Below the pieces are notes generated by a model. That model was not told where the DNA came from and ran no database searches. It saw only the letters and a list, made by a program, of their open reading frames with translations. Source: Escherichia phage 241. Taken from it: a stretch of 64,000 bases of DNA. The stretch lies in the sequence record OR924452. One strand, written 5' to 3'. The number at the start of each line of letters is the position of its first letter. Position 1 is the stretch's first letter. Below are positions 1 to 10,724 of the stretch, piece by piece. A program made the position numbers and the translations under genes.

Positions 1-74
1 AGTCTATGCTATCCAGAAAGCGTACATTGAAAACATTCTGGTGTTGTTAGAGGCAGCATAATCTCGATTGAATT

Positions 75-100
75 AAGGGGGTGTAACCCCCTTTCAATAA
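75..100. terminator. GC-rich hairpin (AAGGGGG-tgta-CCCCCTT) followed by TTTCAATAAA; terminator-like
   Basis: Perfect 7-bp stem read directly; upstream gene lies outside window so strand is unassigned. Confidence 0.3.
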
Positions 101-145
101 ATCTATGGCAGTATAATTCCAACAAATCATCACAACGGTATTGTT

Positions 146-409
146 ATGAAACTTGTTGACAAACAACCAAGAAAGAATAATGACTCATTACATCTCTTAA
201 CCATTATGCGGGAGTTGGGAGTTTCTGAATTGCAAATGATGAAGTTGATGAATTGTTCTGACGTTGTCTATAATTGGACAAACGGTTATCGTCTTATCCC
301 AAAATCATTCCGTCGTTTTATTTTGGCATTGGTGTTTATTCATCGCCAAGGAAAAACAGAAGAGTTTCAACGTTTCGTTAAATCAGAGGAGAGATCACGT
401 GGTTGGTAA
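146..409 (+). CDS. hypothetical small protein (87 aa)
   Basis: ORF preceding a gp59-like gene; no recognisable motif. Confidence 0.3.
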   Translation: MKLVDKQPRKNNDSLHLLTIMRELGVSELQMMKLMNCSDVVYNWTNGYRLIPKSFRRFILALVFIHRQGKTEEFQRFVKSEERSRGW

Positions 410-563
410 AAATCCGCCGTCATATGTCAAAATCGGGATCGCTTTCCGGAACGCCATGCTTTTCATTAAAGAGAAAGGCTTGATGTCGGAGTTCAATCAG
501 TTCTGTTCTGAACGCCACAGATTACAGAAACAGAAAAGCAGGGAGAAACGCCATGATAACTGA
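399..563 (+). CDS. hypothetical small basic protein, GTG start
   Basis: Strong SD (GAGGAGAG) 6 nt upstream of GTG at 399; overlaps stop of upstream ORF; the longer 264..563 ORF has no SD. Confidence 0.25.
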   Translation: MVGKNPPSYVKIGIAFRNAMLFIKEKGLMSEFNQFCSERHRLQKQKSREKRHDN

Positions 564-573
564 GTGGGAGAAA

Positions 574-1215
574 ATGCAATATGAACGTGCATTTAACGTT
601 TATTGCATATATATGGCGATCAAGTTGCATTTCACCACCAAAGATTTTGATTATGGTCTATATGGGCCGATGAACAATTACAAGTTTGAAACATTCTATT
701 CTAAACAGGGCGTGGCCAAACAATTTGCTAAACTTGCTCGTCGGTTTGAATCTTCCCAGGGTGAAGTGGTGGAAAATTATATCATCGCCAACTTTGTTAA
801 ATCACCAAAAACATGGGTGACAACATTACTCACCCGTCAGGCTCAAGAAAATTATAATGAATATCGCCGCCTGTACGATAACTTTTCATATAATTTTCTT
901 GACCATTTTGAACGTTATATGATTCCGGAAATAAAAGAAAGAGGTGTGAACTTTATCCAGTACATCAAAGGAAATGGGAATGGTCACCCACCGTTGCTGA
1001 CAGACATTATCATCAAACGTTATCCGATTTGGTTTTTGGTTGGATTGAATAAAGTGGTGGGATTTATTCATTTATATGATACAATACTCAAGGAAGATAT
1101 TTATTGGAATTCTGAGTCGTTCTTATTGAAAAAGACTAATTCTGTGGTTCCGGATGAAAATACAGAATACACGAAAGGAAAACTCCGTGAGCTAATCCTT
1201 GCCCACGGAATTTGA
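574..1215 (+). CDS. possible helicase-loader (T4 gp59-like) protein
   Basis: N-terminal region resembles my recollection of T4 gp59; GGGAG SD before ATG at 574; weak call. Confidence 0.3.
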   Translation: MQYERAFNVYCIYMAIKLHFTTKDFDYGLYGPMNNYKFETFYSKQGVAKQFAKLARRFESSQGEVVENYIIANFVKSPKTWVTTLLTRQAQENYNEYRRLYDNFSYNFLDHFERYMIPEIKERGVNFIQYIKGNGNGHPPLLTDIIIKRYPIWFLVGLNKVVGFIHLYDTILKEDIYWNSESFLLKKTNSVVPDENTEYTKGKLRELILAHGI

Positions 1216-3156
1216 TTACCAATCCCAAAGAATACGACCTGCGTCAGTACGGTTGGACGGCTCCAGTTGTGAACTGTTGAAGTTGTTTGTCGTACTGACT
1301 TTCTTCGAGTTATCAACATTTTGTTGTACAGGCATTACCACACTGGCTGGTGGGTTGGCGTAGGAAGATTTAACTTCTTCAATGTTGTTAGCCGCTCTCC
1401 CCTGAACCGGATATGCCCCACCCAGAGTACCTCCCCCGATCCCAGCATATGCATCTTTCAATTGAGAAGTGCGATCTGTTACGTTCACAGCATCCGAAGA
1501 AACCCCAGAAGGCATTGGAGTCAGCGTGCTGATATCTGCATTAGGTTGTGCTGGCGATTGACTGTTCGGTGGTACAGAGGCATTCTCAGGAGCCTTATCG
1601 TCTTGGCTTATCAGCATAGACTGTCTTGCTTCCGCCATCTTATTCCTGGCCGCTTCACCACCCAACGCATCGGGGATAATGCTGACAAACTTATCCACGA
1701 TATCAAACATCGCATTGGTGATAGCATTCAACATGTTGAAGAAAGGTTTCTTCACGTTTTCTGCAAATCCTTTCTTCATGTCTTCAACGACTTTGTTTGC
1801 AGCCGCCATGCCGTCATCTATCAGGCCAGTTATTCCACCCGTTACCCAATCAACCAATTTTATCAATTGGCCTTGCAAGTTATCTGCAAGTTTACCAGGT
1901 ATTTCGGTCAGTGATGTACTCTTCCCAATACCCGCAAACAAATCGTTGGTGACCCAATCAACAATCGAGTTCAACCAACGCACGGGCGCTTCGGTCATTT
2001 TCAGCACTTGTTCACGGAACGCCTTTCCAAACCCAGCATTGTTCCATCCGAATATTTCAGCAACCCAATCAGCGAGATCCCCGAAACTACCGACCAGCTC
2101 TGTTATCCCTGCCTGAACCCGATCAACGATCGATACTTGCGCTTTACCAAGGATTTCTTTAGCATTAAAGAACCCTTTACCGAATTCAAATACAGATGTT
2201 ATTAATGCCAGAGGTCCAACTCGAAGCATCTTGGTTGCTGCTTTCAGGGGCGCAAGCAACCCGCCGATCCCAGCACCAAACCCCATGAATAATTTAATGA
2301 AGCCACCAACAAGTTTTAATGGGGACATCAGGAGTTTTAACGCGCCCAGTCCAAGGAGTGCCCCCAGCGCCGCGCCTAACCCAGAAGATTGACCATCTTG
2401 TTTAGGCTCAGACGGAGGGATAGAACCAGCCTCTGGATTGTTCTTGTTTTCTTTACCTTCTTCACCACGACGGAATTTCTCTTCTTCTCTATATTTTTGA
2501 TCACTTTCATAGATACGTGTCAGAGTATCATTAAGATCTTCGTTCATGTATCCCAATTTGTCATCAATGCTGTCGAGGCGGGTAACAGTTTCGTTACTGG
2601 CATCTTTATTGAAATCCAGCGTGTCCTTATGCGTTTGAAGCATTATGTCAGTCAGGTTTACGATCTCCCCTCCGACCAACGCCAGCTTATCCTTTAATCC
2701 ATCAAGGCGTTCAAGACTATCTTCGTTGGCCGCGCCCAATTGATCTGATATCATGTCAAGATATTCAACTGACATGTCGTCAACCGGACCATTCGCTGCT
2801 TCACCAAATTTTTCGATCTTGGTGGCGATACGCATCAGTTCTTCATTGCCGTCCTTTGTTAGACTGACGGTGTCTTTCATCCAAGTGCTGTAATCCCTTG
2901 TGAAAATGGGACTGACACGGACGAACCCACCAACAATATCATTCACCGATGGGAATTTAATTGGCGGTACTTTCTGCTCCTGATTAGACGCCTGTCGTGT
3001 CTTCAGAGATTGCAGTTGTTTGTTGACATCGGCGAGCTGTTTATTCGTCTCGGATTGGGCGCGCAATTGCTTGCGCTCCATCATTTCTTTTTTGATTTTA
3101 TCCAAAACCTTGACGATGTCTTGCTGCCCTGGTGTCGGTTGATTGTTATCTGCCAT
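1216..3156 (-). CDS. tail tape-measure-like protein (T4 gp29-like), 646 aa
   Basis: N-terminal coiled-coil, central Gly/Ala/Leu-rich hydrophobic segment (GLGAALGALLGLGAL...), typical of tape measure proteins; sits in a baseplate/tail block. Confidence 0.45.
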   Translation of the reverse strand: MADNNQPTPGQQDIVKVLDKIKKEMMERKQLRAQSETNKQLADVNKQLQSLKTRQASNQEQKVPPIKFPSVNDIVGGFVRVSPIFTRDYSTWMKDTVSLTKDGNEELMRIATKIEKFGEAANGPVDDMSVEYLDMISDQLGAANEDSLERLDGLKDKLALVGGEIVNLTDIMLQTHKDTLDFNKDASNETVTRLDSIDDKLGYMNEDLNDTLTRIYESDQKYREEEKFRRGEEGKENKNNPEAGSIPPSEPKQDGQSSGLGAALGALLGLGALKLLMSPLKLVGGFIKLFMGFGAGIGGLLAPLKAATKMLRVGPLALITSVFEFGKGFFNAKEILGKAQVSIVDRVQAGITELVGSFGDLADWVAEIFGWNNAGFGKAFREQVLKMTEAPVRWLNSIVDWVTNDLFAGIGKSTSLTEIPGKLADNLQGQLIKLVDWVTGGITGLIDDGMAAANKVVEDMKKGFAENVKKPFFNMLNAITNAMFDIVDKFVSIIPDALGGEAARNKMAEARQSMLISQDDKAPENASVPPNSQSPAQPNADISTLTPMPSGVSSDAVNVTDRTSQLKDAYAGIGGGTLGGAYPVQGRAANNIEEVKSSYANPPASVVMPVQQNVDNSKKVSTTNNFNSSQLEPSNRTDAGRILWDW

Positions 3157-3166
3157 TTGTCACCTC

Positions 3167-4555
3167 TCAGACCTTCTGGGCTTGTCCTTTCTCTATTGGC
3201 GTCGGGGTTGGTGTAGAAGCCACAGTTTGACCAGTCTGAGGTGGTAAGACCTTCTGGATCATACTATCTTTGGCAATCTCAGCGACGCATTGATAATCAT
3301 TTGTCAGGCGTGAAATCTTGTGGCGTATCTTTGTGACGATATAATGGCCTGTTGATAACTTACTTAACTCGGCAATGTTTTCATTAGATTTCGGGCGGTT
3401 CGACAAATCTTCAATATAATAAACCTGCCCAACATTTAGACGGTTATCCCCCACGACCAGCAAACGCATAACCGTTGATGCGAGGCTGAATTCTATAACG
3501 CGTCGTGCGTAATCTATTTGTTCGGCACCATCCGGTTGCGCTTCAATGTACCTAACGTTCTCGCGGTCGAATTGATCAGAGAACAAAGGGAACGGATCAA
3601 GGTGAGCAGTGCTGTCAAACCATTCTGAATAAATGCGTTGGGTCGCTGTCGTGGATTTTGTACTAAAGTCATACACGCGCTCGTTCACTGCCAAGATATC
3701 CCGATAATTCGCCATGTACTGATCACGCGCCAGTTTCTTTTCAGCCTTGATGATCGTCCGCATAAAACGTTCGGAGTTGAAGTTGTTGTCTTGCATCAAC
3801 GGGGCATCTTGAGGATCACGGAAGAATTTCTTTTCCGCGCTTGCCTCTTGTTTCTCTTCAGCAGTCATGGACTGATTGCCCTGGTTGAACAATGTCGTCA
3901 TGCTCTTGAAGTGATAGCCTGTGAAGTCTTCATAGAAAACAAATGGCATAAACAATTCGTCGTATGCGCGGCTGGCCATATAATCGATGGAACGGAGTAC
4001 AGGCCAAAGAGGAGTTGCGAATCGTTCTTGCACACCATACGACGGATCTATGTCTTCAAATTTGGTTCGAGAATTTAACTGCTCAAAAATCTTGGCCGCC
4101 ATTTCTGAATAAGAACCGCTCAGACCGATAGACTTACGCAGCATGCTGTCACGGTACGCATCTGTTGTCACCAAGTGCAGCCAAAATGCTTTTTTAGATG
4201 ATGAATTGGATTCATCCGCAACTCTGCCCACCCGACTCACGCGCAATGAGAGAGTAGTGTAATCAGAAGCCGCTGGTGATTTGAATGACACCACTACTTC
4301 TTCACCGCCAAGTATCGGCATTGTGTCCAATATATCCCAACCTTCTTTTATCAAGATATTGGCTGTCAGTGAAGGAGAAGCATTACCTTCCAAACCAAGA
4401 TCTTGGTAGACGTTGAATTCTTGAAATAAAGAAGACAGGTCATATGGTCTTGGCGTACCACCTTCTGGAGTATGTGGTAGGATCGCCATATACTTCAAAT
4501 CAAATGTGGTGGACGGTGTTAAAATACCGTCTTGAGATTCTTTATTTTCGATCAT
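3167..4555 (-). CDS. virion structural protein, possible baseplate hub component (462 aa)
   Basis: Operon position between tape-measure-like and tail-tube-like genes; no motif verified. Confidence 0.35.
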   Translation of the reverse strand: MIENKESQDGILTPSTTFDLKYMAILPHTPEGGTPRPYDLSSLFQEFNVYQDLGLEGNASPSLTANILIKEGWDILDTMPILGGEEVVVSFKSPAASDYTTLSLRVSRVGRVADESNSSSKKAFWLHLVTTDAYRDSMLRKSIGLSGSYSEMAAKIFEQLNSRTKFEDIDPSYGVQERFATPLWPVLRSIDYMASRAYDELFMPFVFYEDFTGYHFKSMTTLFNQGNQSMTAEEKQEASAEKKFFRDPQDAPLMQDNNFNSERFMRTIIKAEKKLARDQYMANYRDILAVNERVYDFSTKSTTATQRIYSEWFDSTAHLDPFPLFSDQFDRENVRYIEAQPDGAEQIDYARRVIEFSLASTVMRLLVVGDNRLNVGQVYYIEDLSNRPKSNENIAELSKLSTGHYIVTKIRHKISRLTNDYQCVAEIAKDSMIQKVLPPQTGQTVASTPTPTPIEKGQAQKV

Positions 4556-5109
4556 TTGGTCAGCTCCTGTTCCAGCTGATTAACAAAGGAAGAAACATAA
4601 TCTGGATCGAGCACTTGGATGTTACGTTTGGCTTCGTTTTTGTTTATTGCATCATCGTGATATGTAATGCCAGTCAGCCCGTAATTCGCGATGATTGTCG
4701 CGTCGTCCATAGCGCCAAGGCCATATGCCAAACGGATAGCGCGGGGATCTGTTTCATTCCCAAATTCGTCAACGTAGTATTTTACGTCCCACATCCCATC
4801 GAGACCATAACGAGCAGTTAGCTCTTCAATGATTCTGCGTTCTGGTTTTGGCCAGTCTTCTGTGATATCCATGATACCATTGATAAGACATGGTATCCAG
4901 AACAACTCGAAGGAACCATAGACCCGTTCCGCAAAAGACCTTGGGGTTTCCCCATCGAAAACAGTATAAGGCAGGAGAAGCCCTTCTATGTCCCGAATTT
5001 TCTTAACAACCATAACCCGTCGTGTCAAGTTTTGCAACAGGACTTGGTCATTTTCTTTGACACCAATTAGTTGATGCCATACGAGTGGAAATTTCTCAAA
5101 ATATTTCAT
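4552..5109 (-). CDS. hypothetical structural protein (185 aa)
   Basis: 4-nt overlap with downstream gene indicates same operon. Confidence 0.35.
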   Translation of the reverse strand: MKYFEKFPLVWHQLIGVKENDQVLLQNLTRRVMVVKKIRDIEGLLLPYTVFDGETPRSFAERVYGSFELFWIPCLINGIMDITEDWPKPERRIIEELTARYGLDGMWDVKYYVDEFGNETDPRAIRLAYGLGAMDDATIIANYGLTGITYHDDAINKNEAKRNIQVLDPDYVSSFVNQLEQELTK

Positions 5110-5121
5110 GGCATCTTCCCC

Positions 5122-6090
5122 TTAGAAGCTGTCGCCTTCGGTATCAAAGCGGCCTTTGTGCAACGGTTCCAGTTCAATAAATGTCATGTCAATCTGGGTT
5201 GACACGATGCTATCATCTTTGTGGACAGCATATGAAGAATCCGGCGTCTCGTTGACAAACATGTTTGACAAAACACAAGTCGATATTCGATGTAACCATT
5301 TATTGCGTTCCCCCTGCACCATGAACGTGATGTCAAATGTGGAAGGGTGTAGGTAGAATGCACTGGAATTCTTGTTGTATTTGTATTCGGGGTACATATG
5401 CATCTTGAACAGACGAATGATTTCCCTCACCATTTTCGCCTCTTTTTGAGATCGAGGAGTGAATTTAAAGGTGAATGGAATTTCGCGATTGCGCACCCCT
5501 TGGAATATCATTTCTACATATGGGTTTGTCATTGTGCCCGTGAACAACTCTAATGTATCGTGAGCATTAATTGTTGGTAAGAATGGAATTGCTTCCGAAG
5601 CAGATTGAATCGCCTTTGTGGCAGCAAATCGCCCCATTTCTTTTCCCACGTTTAATGCATCGCCAAGTTTGAATTGGCTCATATCTTGGGCAGCGCGGGA
5701 TAAGAATTGGGCACCCATACCAGCTAATCCTAGCTCAGAGCCGTTCCAACCAACGCCATAGTTGGTTGTAATAGATTCAGGCATGCATAACACTATGGAC
5801 TCGTTAGAGCGGACATGACGCGCCCAAGCATATTTGCTGATAGAACCTGATTTAGAACCATAAACCACAGGAGTTTTTCCCAGTGGGTTTTGAATAGGGT
5901 TCTCAACGGTTTGAGTCGTTGTGTCGCCGTATGACGATCCTGATATGCGGTTAATATTGAATAAAACATAATGACCGAGGGTTTTACCCCCCGTTATATC
6001 CAACGGATAGACCAATTGCTTCTGAGACTTGGCCAAGCCTTTTGTGTTCAGAACTTTGATCTTATCGATGGTCGACTTGAAATTCGCCAT
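5122..6090 (-). CDS. baseplate/tail-tube-associated protein (T4 gp48/gp54-sized), 322 aa
   Basis: First gene of minus-strand structural operon; CTAAATA late-promoter-like motif ~37 nt upstream; divergent from gp4-like gene as in T4. Confidence 0.4.
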   Translation of the reverse strand: MANFKSTIDKIKVLNTKGLAKSQKQLVYPLDITGGKTLGHYVLFNINRISGSSYGDTTTQTVENPIQNPLGKTPVVYGSKSGSISKYAWARHVRSNESIVLCMPESITTNYGVGWNGSELGLAGMGAQFLSRAAQDMSQFKLGDALNVGKEMGRFAATKAIQSASEAIPFLPTINAHDTLELFTGTMTNPYVEMIFQGVRNREIPFTFKFTPRSQKEAKMVREIIRLFKMHMYPEYKYNKNSSAFYLHPSTFDITFMVQGERNKWLHRISTCVLSNMFVNETPDSSYAVHKDDSIVSTQIDMTFIELEPLHKGRFDTEGDSF

Positions 6091-6126
6091 GGTCTGAAGC
6101 CCTTAATTAGAATAGAGTAATGACAC

Positions 6127-6133
6127 TATTTAG
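6127..6133 (-). promoter_or_regulatory. late-promoter-like CTAAATA motif (minus strand)
   Basis: One-mismatch variant of T4 late consensus TATAAATA, positioned upstream of ATG at 6090. Confidence 0.3.
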
Positions 6134-6142
6134 GACTAGAAT

Positions 6143-6763
6143 ATGGCTATGTATTTGCAGGGGAAGTATGTTCCCGTAAATCCCAAGAAATATAAAGGCG
6201 ATGTGAACAAAATAGTTTTTCGTTCATCACTAGAACTTGTCGCCTTCAAATTCTGTGATATGAATCCTGCTATTGTTTATTGGTCATCCGAAGAAACCGT
6301 AATCCCATATATCTCTCCAGTTGATGGTCGCGCCCACCGCTATTTTATGGATTTGAAAGTATGGACTCGTCGACAAGACTCTGAAGAGTTACAGATAACC
6401 CTTATTGAAATAAAACCCAAAGACCAAATTAAAGAACCCCGAAAAACAAAAACAATGAAGGAATCAACGTTCAATAATTCGATGCGTACATGGCTGGTGA
6501 ACCAAGCGAAGTGGACCGCCACCAAAGAGCATTGTGCTAAAGTTGGTTGGAAATTCATTATTTGGACGGAAGAGCATTTGGTACCAGGAGAAGATCCTGA
6601 AGTTAAAAAACAATTTGCGCTACGTTCTAAGAAAAAGCGCGAGGTCGAAATGGAAGATCGACGCCGCGCTCAAAGAATTAATGCGTTGAAAGAGCAGATG
6701 AAAAAGGAAACTTCCAACAAACAAACGACAAACCCTGAAGATGACGGTTTGTTGTTACCCTGA
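6143..6763 (+). CDS. 4: head completion protein (T4 gp4-like)
   Basis: N-terminal ~100 aa align with T4 gp4 pattern (GKYVPxNxxKYxGD...IVYWSSEETVIPY...RYFMD). Confidence 0.6.
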   Translation: MAMYLQGKYVPVNPKKYKGDVNKIVFRSSLELVAFKFCDMNPAIVYWSSEETVIPYISPVDGRAHRYFMDLKVWTRRQDSEELQITLIEIKPKDQIKEPRKTKTMKESTFNNSMRTWLVNQAKWTATKEHCAKVGWKFIIWTEEHLVPGEDPEVKKQFALRSKKKREVEMEDRRRAQRINALKEQMKKETSNKQTTNPEDDGLLLP

Positions 6764-6973
6764 TTTCCTTGGATGTCCAGGGGCAAAACAAGTTTGTTTG
6801 TCCCTGCATATCACCCATCCTTCCGAACGGGCTTGTCTAGCACAATCAGCCCAAGTTTCACCAGCATAAGACTTCATACCGCATCTTGGGTGGTGCTCTT
6901 GCCAAGCCCAATCACAAGATTTGCATTCCACGCATTCACAATACAAATCTAATGTGTATCCTGCGGTAATCAT
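6755..6973 (-). CDS. Cys-rich small protein (72 aa), possible zinc-binding
   Basis: CxCxxCxxC cluster plus additional Cys/His. Confidence 0.35.
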   Translation of the reverse strand: MITAGYTLDLYCECVECKSCDWAWQEHHPRCGMKSYAGETWADCARQARSEGWVICRDKQTCFAPGHPRKSG

Positions 6974-7381
6974 TTAATCCACCAGGCGTTCGTAAATTTT
7001 TTGACGGAACTCATTCCCTTTTGCACAACCTGTGGCCAGCAAACGAGTACCGCCTGTCCCGATGACACTGATCGTTGAAAATCTTAAAATACGGCCTGTG
7101 ATGGACTGATCCACTTTGATGGTCTCAACTTTACCCAGGCGAAGTTCATCAGCATCACGGTGGATAAACCCTCGTTTTACGATAACCCGTTTGTTGGTGA
7201 CTGCGAATTCTGTGGTCATCACATTCAAGATAGTTGGGATCAGGAATAACAAACTGAAACCAAATGTTGGAATAATCGTTAAAGCGACGAGAACATAAAT
7301 CCAGAATCCACTCCACCAAGTCGGACGAGTGAATGCAACCACATATTCATTTTCGCTCAGCATACGGTCGACGTAACGCAT
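6974..7381 (-). CDS. membrane protein with bacterial PH-like domain (135 aa)
   Basis: Two N-terminal hydrophobic helices followed by soluble domain. Confidence 0.4.
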   Translation of the reverse strand: MRYVDRMLSENEYVVAFTRPTWWSGFWIYVLVALTIIPTFGFSLLFLIPTILNVMTTEFAVTNKRVIVKRGFIHRDADELRLGKVETIKVDQSITGRILRFSTISVIGTGGTRLLATGCAKGNEFRQKIYERLVD

Positions 7382-7382
7382 T

Positions 7383-7904
7383 TTAATTCCTTACTTTGTC
7401 AGGATTAGATAAGATTTGTTCGTATCCGACTTCTCCTTGATAGTCGAAAACATGCTGAAGAATCGCCATATCGTCTACCATCCGATAAACTTCAATTCCA
7501 GCGTTCATCAATTTTTTGATTCCATCCATAATACGATATGGCTCACGATAATATACTTTATCGATTTTACCGCTATCTATTATCTTTTGAGTGCAATTAG
7601 GGCAAGGACTATGTGTCACAAACATAACCAACCCTGTGAAATCATCTACATTTTCGGGGATACGCATTAGAGCATTTTCCTCCGCATGAACGACACACGG
7701 GTTTGTAACAATTTGCCCGTGTTGTTCCATCTCACAAACATTCGGCATGCCAGGAGGCGTTCCGTTCCATCCTATAGCCACAGGCTGATCAGTTTCAGGG
7801 TTTACAATAACACAACCGACTTGCAGACGCCGAGCATAACTGGTTACACCATATGCTGCAGCTGATCGCATATGAGCAAACATCATACGTGGTTTGATAG
7901 CCAT
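7383..7904 (-). CDS. cd: dCMP deaminase
   Basis: HAEENAL and PCPNC zinc-ligand motifs of cytidine/dCMP deaminase family. Confidence 0.75.
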   Translation of the reverse strand: MAIKPRMMFAHMRSAAAYGVTSYARRLQVGCVIVNPETDQPVAIGWNGTPPGMPNVCEMEQHGQIVTNPCVVHAEENALMRIPENVDDFTGLVMFVTHSPCPNCTQKIIDSGKIDKVYYREPYRIMDGIKKLMNAGIEVYRMVDDMAILQHVFDYQGEVGYEQILSNPDKVRN

Positions 7905-8308
7905 TATTCACCTCTCAGAAGACGAGCGAAGCGTTCAACAATGCGATTGCGCGGCTTCTCGGGAACGATGTCTTCTACCGTAATGGTCAGTGTGTAGTTT
8001 GTAGAAAAATCGCAATCGGACTTTGTGATGATTTTCCGTTCACCAGGCAGCGGATACATCGTTAAAGCCCTATCGACGGAATCTAGAGAAGAACCGACCA
8101 AGTCCACCACCCTTTGGTGCCCGAACGATAATGGACCCACGACATCCTTTTCAAAAATTTCAATCACGTCGGTGACTAACACACCCAATGCAAGTCTTAG
8201 TCCAAGGTTCTGATTTTTATCCCCTAGTGTGTACACAAACTGCCGACGCCACAACTCTTTCCGGTCTTCAGAACGGACGAGAGAATAATTCAAATGGTAT
8301 TGTTTCAT
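7904..8308 (-). CDS. hypothetical protein (134 aa)
   Basis: ORF in operon; start overlaps upstream stop. Confidence 0.4.
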   Translation of the reverse strand: MKQYHLNYSLVRSEDRKELWRRQFVYTLGDKNQNLGLRLALGVLVTDVIEIFEKDVVGPLSFGHQRVVDLVGSSLDSVDRALTMYPLPGERKIITKSDCDFSTNYTLTITVEDIVPEKPRNRIVERFARLLRGE

Positions 8309-8637
8309 TTCACCAACACCTTTTCCAGGAAGAAGATCATGTCATCCTGGTCGGCACGGCCAAAGATCTGACCGAGGGACACCATGGAATGAACCTCTTT
8401 GACAATCAGGTCTTTGCCTGTTGCACCGCTGTTGTCCAATTCGAGAATTGTAGACATGCGCTCAACCATATGAGGTGGATGATTGATATAACGTTGAAGA
8501 TACTTTTCACGCAACGCAATTTTTTCGATAAGATCTGACATTTCTGCATTCTCTTCTGAATACAGACGTTCTTTAGATTTCAGTTCTTCGAGGCGTTCGT
8601 ACATTTCTTTTAATGAAATCATGTTTGTCTCTCCCAA
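8305..8637 (-). CDS. hypothetical protein (110 aa)
   Basis: ORF in operon. Confidence 0.4.
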   Translation of the reverse strand: MGETNMISLKEMYERLEELKSKERLYSEENAEMSDLIEKIALREKYLQRYINHPPHMVERMSTILELDNSGATGKDLIVKEVHSMVSLGQIFGRADQDDMIFFLEKVLVK

Positions 8638-8639
8638 TA

Positions 8640-8668
8640 AATTAAGGGGAAGTATACCTTCCCCTTCT
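8640..8668 (-). terminator. hairpin AAGGGGAAG-tatac-CTTCCCCTT, terminator-like
   Basis: Perfect 9-bp stem between two minus-strand genes. Confidence 0.35.
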
Positions 8669-8684
8669 TCAATAAAATAAATTA

Positions 8685-9035
8685 TTATTCAGTACAAGCT
8701 CGACCAAGTTCAGTCAGGCGGTAGAATGTTACTTCTGATTTCGGCCAATGCTTATACTCTTCAGAGTCATCATGAACCATAGTGAACGCAGGTTCGATCA
8801 GACCTTTAGATAATAATGATTGCCCTGAACGTGTATCCCACGGATCACCTTTTACAGAACGAAACCCACCAGCAATCGGAGGGGCATGGAATGTCCATAC
8901 TGTCTTGCCCTTTTCATTCGTCCAAGACTTCGGATTGAAATACCAATGACAAAGGCGTCGATCATCATGGGTTTCAAAATTCAGCATTCCCAGAAGGACA
9001 CAGAGTTGATGTCCTGTGATTCTTGGCTTTTTCAT
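8685..9035 (-). CDS. hypothetical protein (116 aa)
   Basis: ORF in operon. Confidence 0.4.
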   Translation of the reverse strand: MKKPRITGHQLCVLLGMLNFETHDDRRLCHWYFNPKSWTNEKGKTVWTFHAPPIAGGFRSVKGDPWDTRSGQSLLSKGLIEPAFTMVHDDSEEYKHWPKSEVTFYRLTELGRACTE

Positions 9036-9364
9036 AAGATCCCCAAGTCAGTAAGGTAACGATAAGACAGGACTACAGATAGAAATCCAATTAACATCCA
9101 AGACGACAGGATAGGCTTGCAATTTAGCGTAGTCTTTCCATTGGGTATGTTGGGACTTCCAGTAATAACAACCGAATCCGTTTTAGCTCTCAACGTCATG
9201 ACAGAACCCATGAGAATGATTGGGCGCACATAATGTCCGTCGCGATTGCGCTTTACAATACATGGTGAAGAAAATCGCAGGAACGGATCACCGCTTTTAT
9301 AACCGAACAACTCGACCTTTTCTATTTCTTCGGGAACCTTTTGTCCAGGAAAGAATATTCTCAT
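9032..9364 (-). CDS. hypothetical protein (110 aa)
   Basis: ORF in operon, overlapping stops/starts. Confidence 0.4.
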   Translation of the reverse strand: MRIFFPGQKVPEEIEKVELFGYKSGDPFLRFSSPCIVKRNRDGHYVRPIILMGSVMTLRAKTDSVVITGSPNIPNGKTTLNCKPILSSWMLIGFLSVVLSYRYLTDLGIL

Positions 9365-9921
9365 AATATGATTCCTAAATTTGTGTATAACAATTCAGCT
9401 AGAGTAACAGGTCGTTTGAATTGTTCCCAGCTGCAGTTCAGATATTCACGTTCTTCGCGGATCTTTTCGTGAAGATGTCCATGGATATTATACGCCCAAC
9501 GATCTAATTGATACGGAACGTGTGTAGTCAGAATCCGACCGACAGAAGTATCCCGCTCATACATGGCACCAAAGGATGTAATCCAGCCCTCCAGATACAA
9601 CCGCATTAACATTTTGAAACTGTCGTGGTTGCCCTGTGCCACCCTGATGATAAAGTTCGGACGCCATTCATCGGGAACGGGGCGGCGCTTGAACTCATCA
9701 ATGTTCCGCTTGGCTCCTTCGCGCATCAGGCGTATGAACCCCTCAGCGCCGATAAAGCAGATGTCCCCCGCCAGTTCAAGGACATCCCGAGATTTCAGCC
9801 CTTGGAATATGCTGTCTATAACCGCAGCATCATGGGATTCTTGAGTATCGAATCCACGAGGTTTAAAGACTTTTTTATGCCCGAGGTGAGTGTCACCAAG
9901 GTACTTGACAATTCCTGCCAT
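9361..9921 (-). CDS. calcineurin-like metallophosphoesterase (Ser/Thr phosphatase family)
   Basis: GDTHLGH ... GDI ... GNHD motifs. Confidence 0.6.
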   Translation of the reverse strand: MAGIVKYLGDTHLGHKKVFKPRGFDTQESHDAAVIDSIFQGLKSRDVLELAGDICFIGAEGFIRLMREGAKRNIDEFKRRPVPDEWRPNFIIRVAQGNHDSFKMLMRLYLEGWITSFGAMYERDTSVGRILTTHVPYQLDRWAYNIHGHLHEKIREEREYLNCSWEQFKRPVTLAELLYTNLGIIL

Positions 9922-10388
9922 CAGATTCTTTCCTTCTCGGAGATACGGTCATGTGCGTTCTTTAACATTGCGTCCGACCAGTTAGACCAATCGAATACAT
10001 TAATAGAACTCACACCGTTATACAAATCCAATATAGTGGGAGAGAGCTGAATATTTAGAGCGCAAGGATCATCACTTTCAACGACCTTCAACCAAAATAA
10101 TTTTTTGTCTAGTAATTCGCGGGAGATACGTCTATACTTGGTAGCAGCTTCTTCACACCACCTTTCTAAGATCATCATCAATTCCCTTTCGATCCCAAAC
10201 CGAAACTCTGGTGTATTGGGTAAGCCGTGATAAGCAGACTTGAATCGATATTCCGTGACTTCATTTAATCGTGATATTAAGGGAACGACGAAACACGTTT
10301 GGAACTCATATTTCCAAGCTCTTTCGAGAACACTAATAATCTCATCACGTTCACATTGACTTAATTTCATTATGGCCTCCTCATCCAT
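9921..10388 (-). CDS. hypothetical protein (155 aa)
   Basis: ORF in operon. Confidence 0.4.
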   Translation of the reverse strand: MDEEAIMKLSQCERDEIISVLERAWKYEFQTCFVVPLISRLNEVTEYRFKSAYHGLPNTPEFRFGIERELMMILERWCEEAATKYRRISRELLDKKLFWLKVVESDDPCALNIQLSPTILDLYNGVSSINVFDWSNWSDAMLKNAHDRISEKERI

Positions 10389-10711
10389 TCTAATATTGGG
10401 ATGCTTACAAACCCTTTATGCCAGCGGTGAGGTTTATGGCCTCTGTTGTGCTCCAACAAACAAGTATCTGGAGGAACACTGAAATGGATACCATCGATAT
10501 CGTAATAATTCCCGTCGATAAGAGTGTACACATGCCCTTCAATCTGGCTGTAATGAATCTCCGCTTGCGGATAAACGTGTTTGAGAACCAGGGCGACTTG
10601 ATAGCACTTCCCGTTCTTTCCCACATACTCAACATCCACCTGTTGTGGGAAAATGTCCTTGATCAGATTTATCAATATGGTGATATCATTCACCACGACA
10701 GATGGTTTCAT
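10370..10711 (-). CDS. hypothetical protein (113 aa)
   Basis: ORF in operon. Confidence 0.4.
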   Translation of the reverse strand: MKPSVVVNDITILINLIKDIFPQQVDVEYVGKNGKCYQVALVLKHVYPQAEIHYSQIEGHVYTLIDGNYYDIDGIHFSVPPDTCLLEHNRGHKPHRWHKGFVSIPILEWMRRP

Positions 10712-10724
10712 CTTCTCATCTCAC

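Noticed and set aside
264-563. 99-aa version of the second ORF
   Set aside because: Overlaps most of the upstream ORF in another frame; the GTG at 399 has a strong SD and gives a non-overlapping gene.
1321-2116. Plus-strand ORFs 1321..1914 and 1679..2116 inside the tape-measure-like gene
   Set aside because: Antisense to a long, well-supported minus-strand gene; no SD; composition typical of spurious antisense frames.
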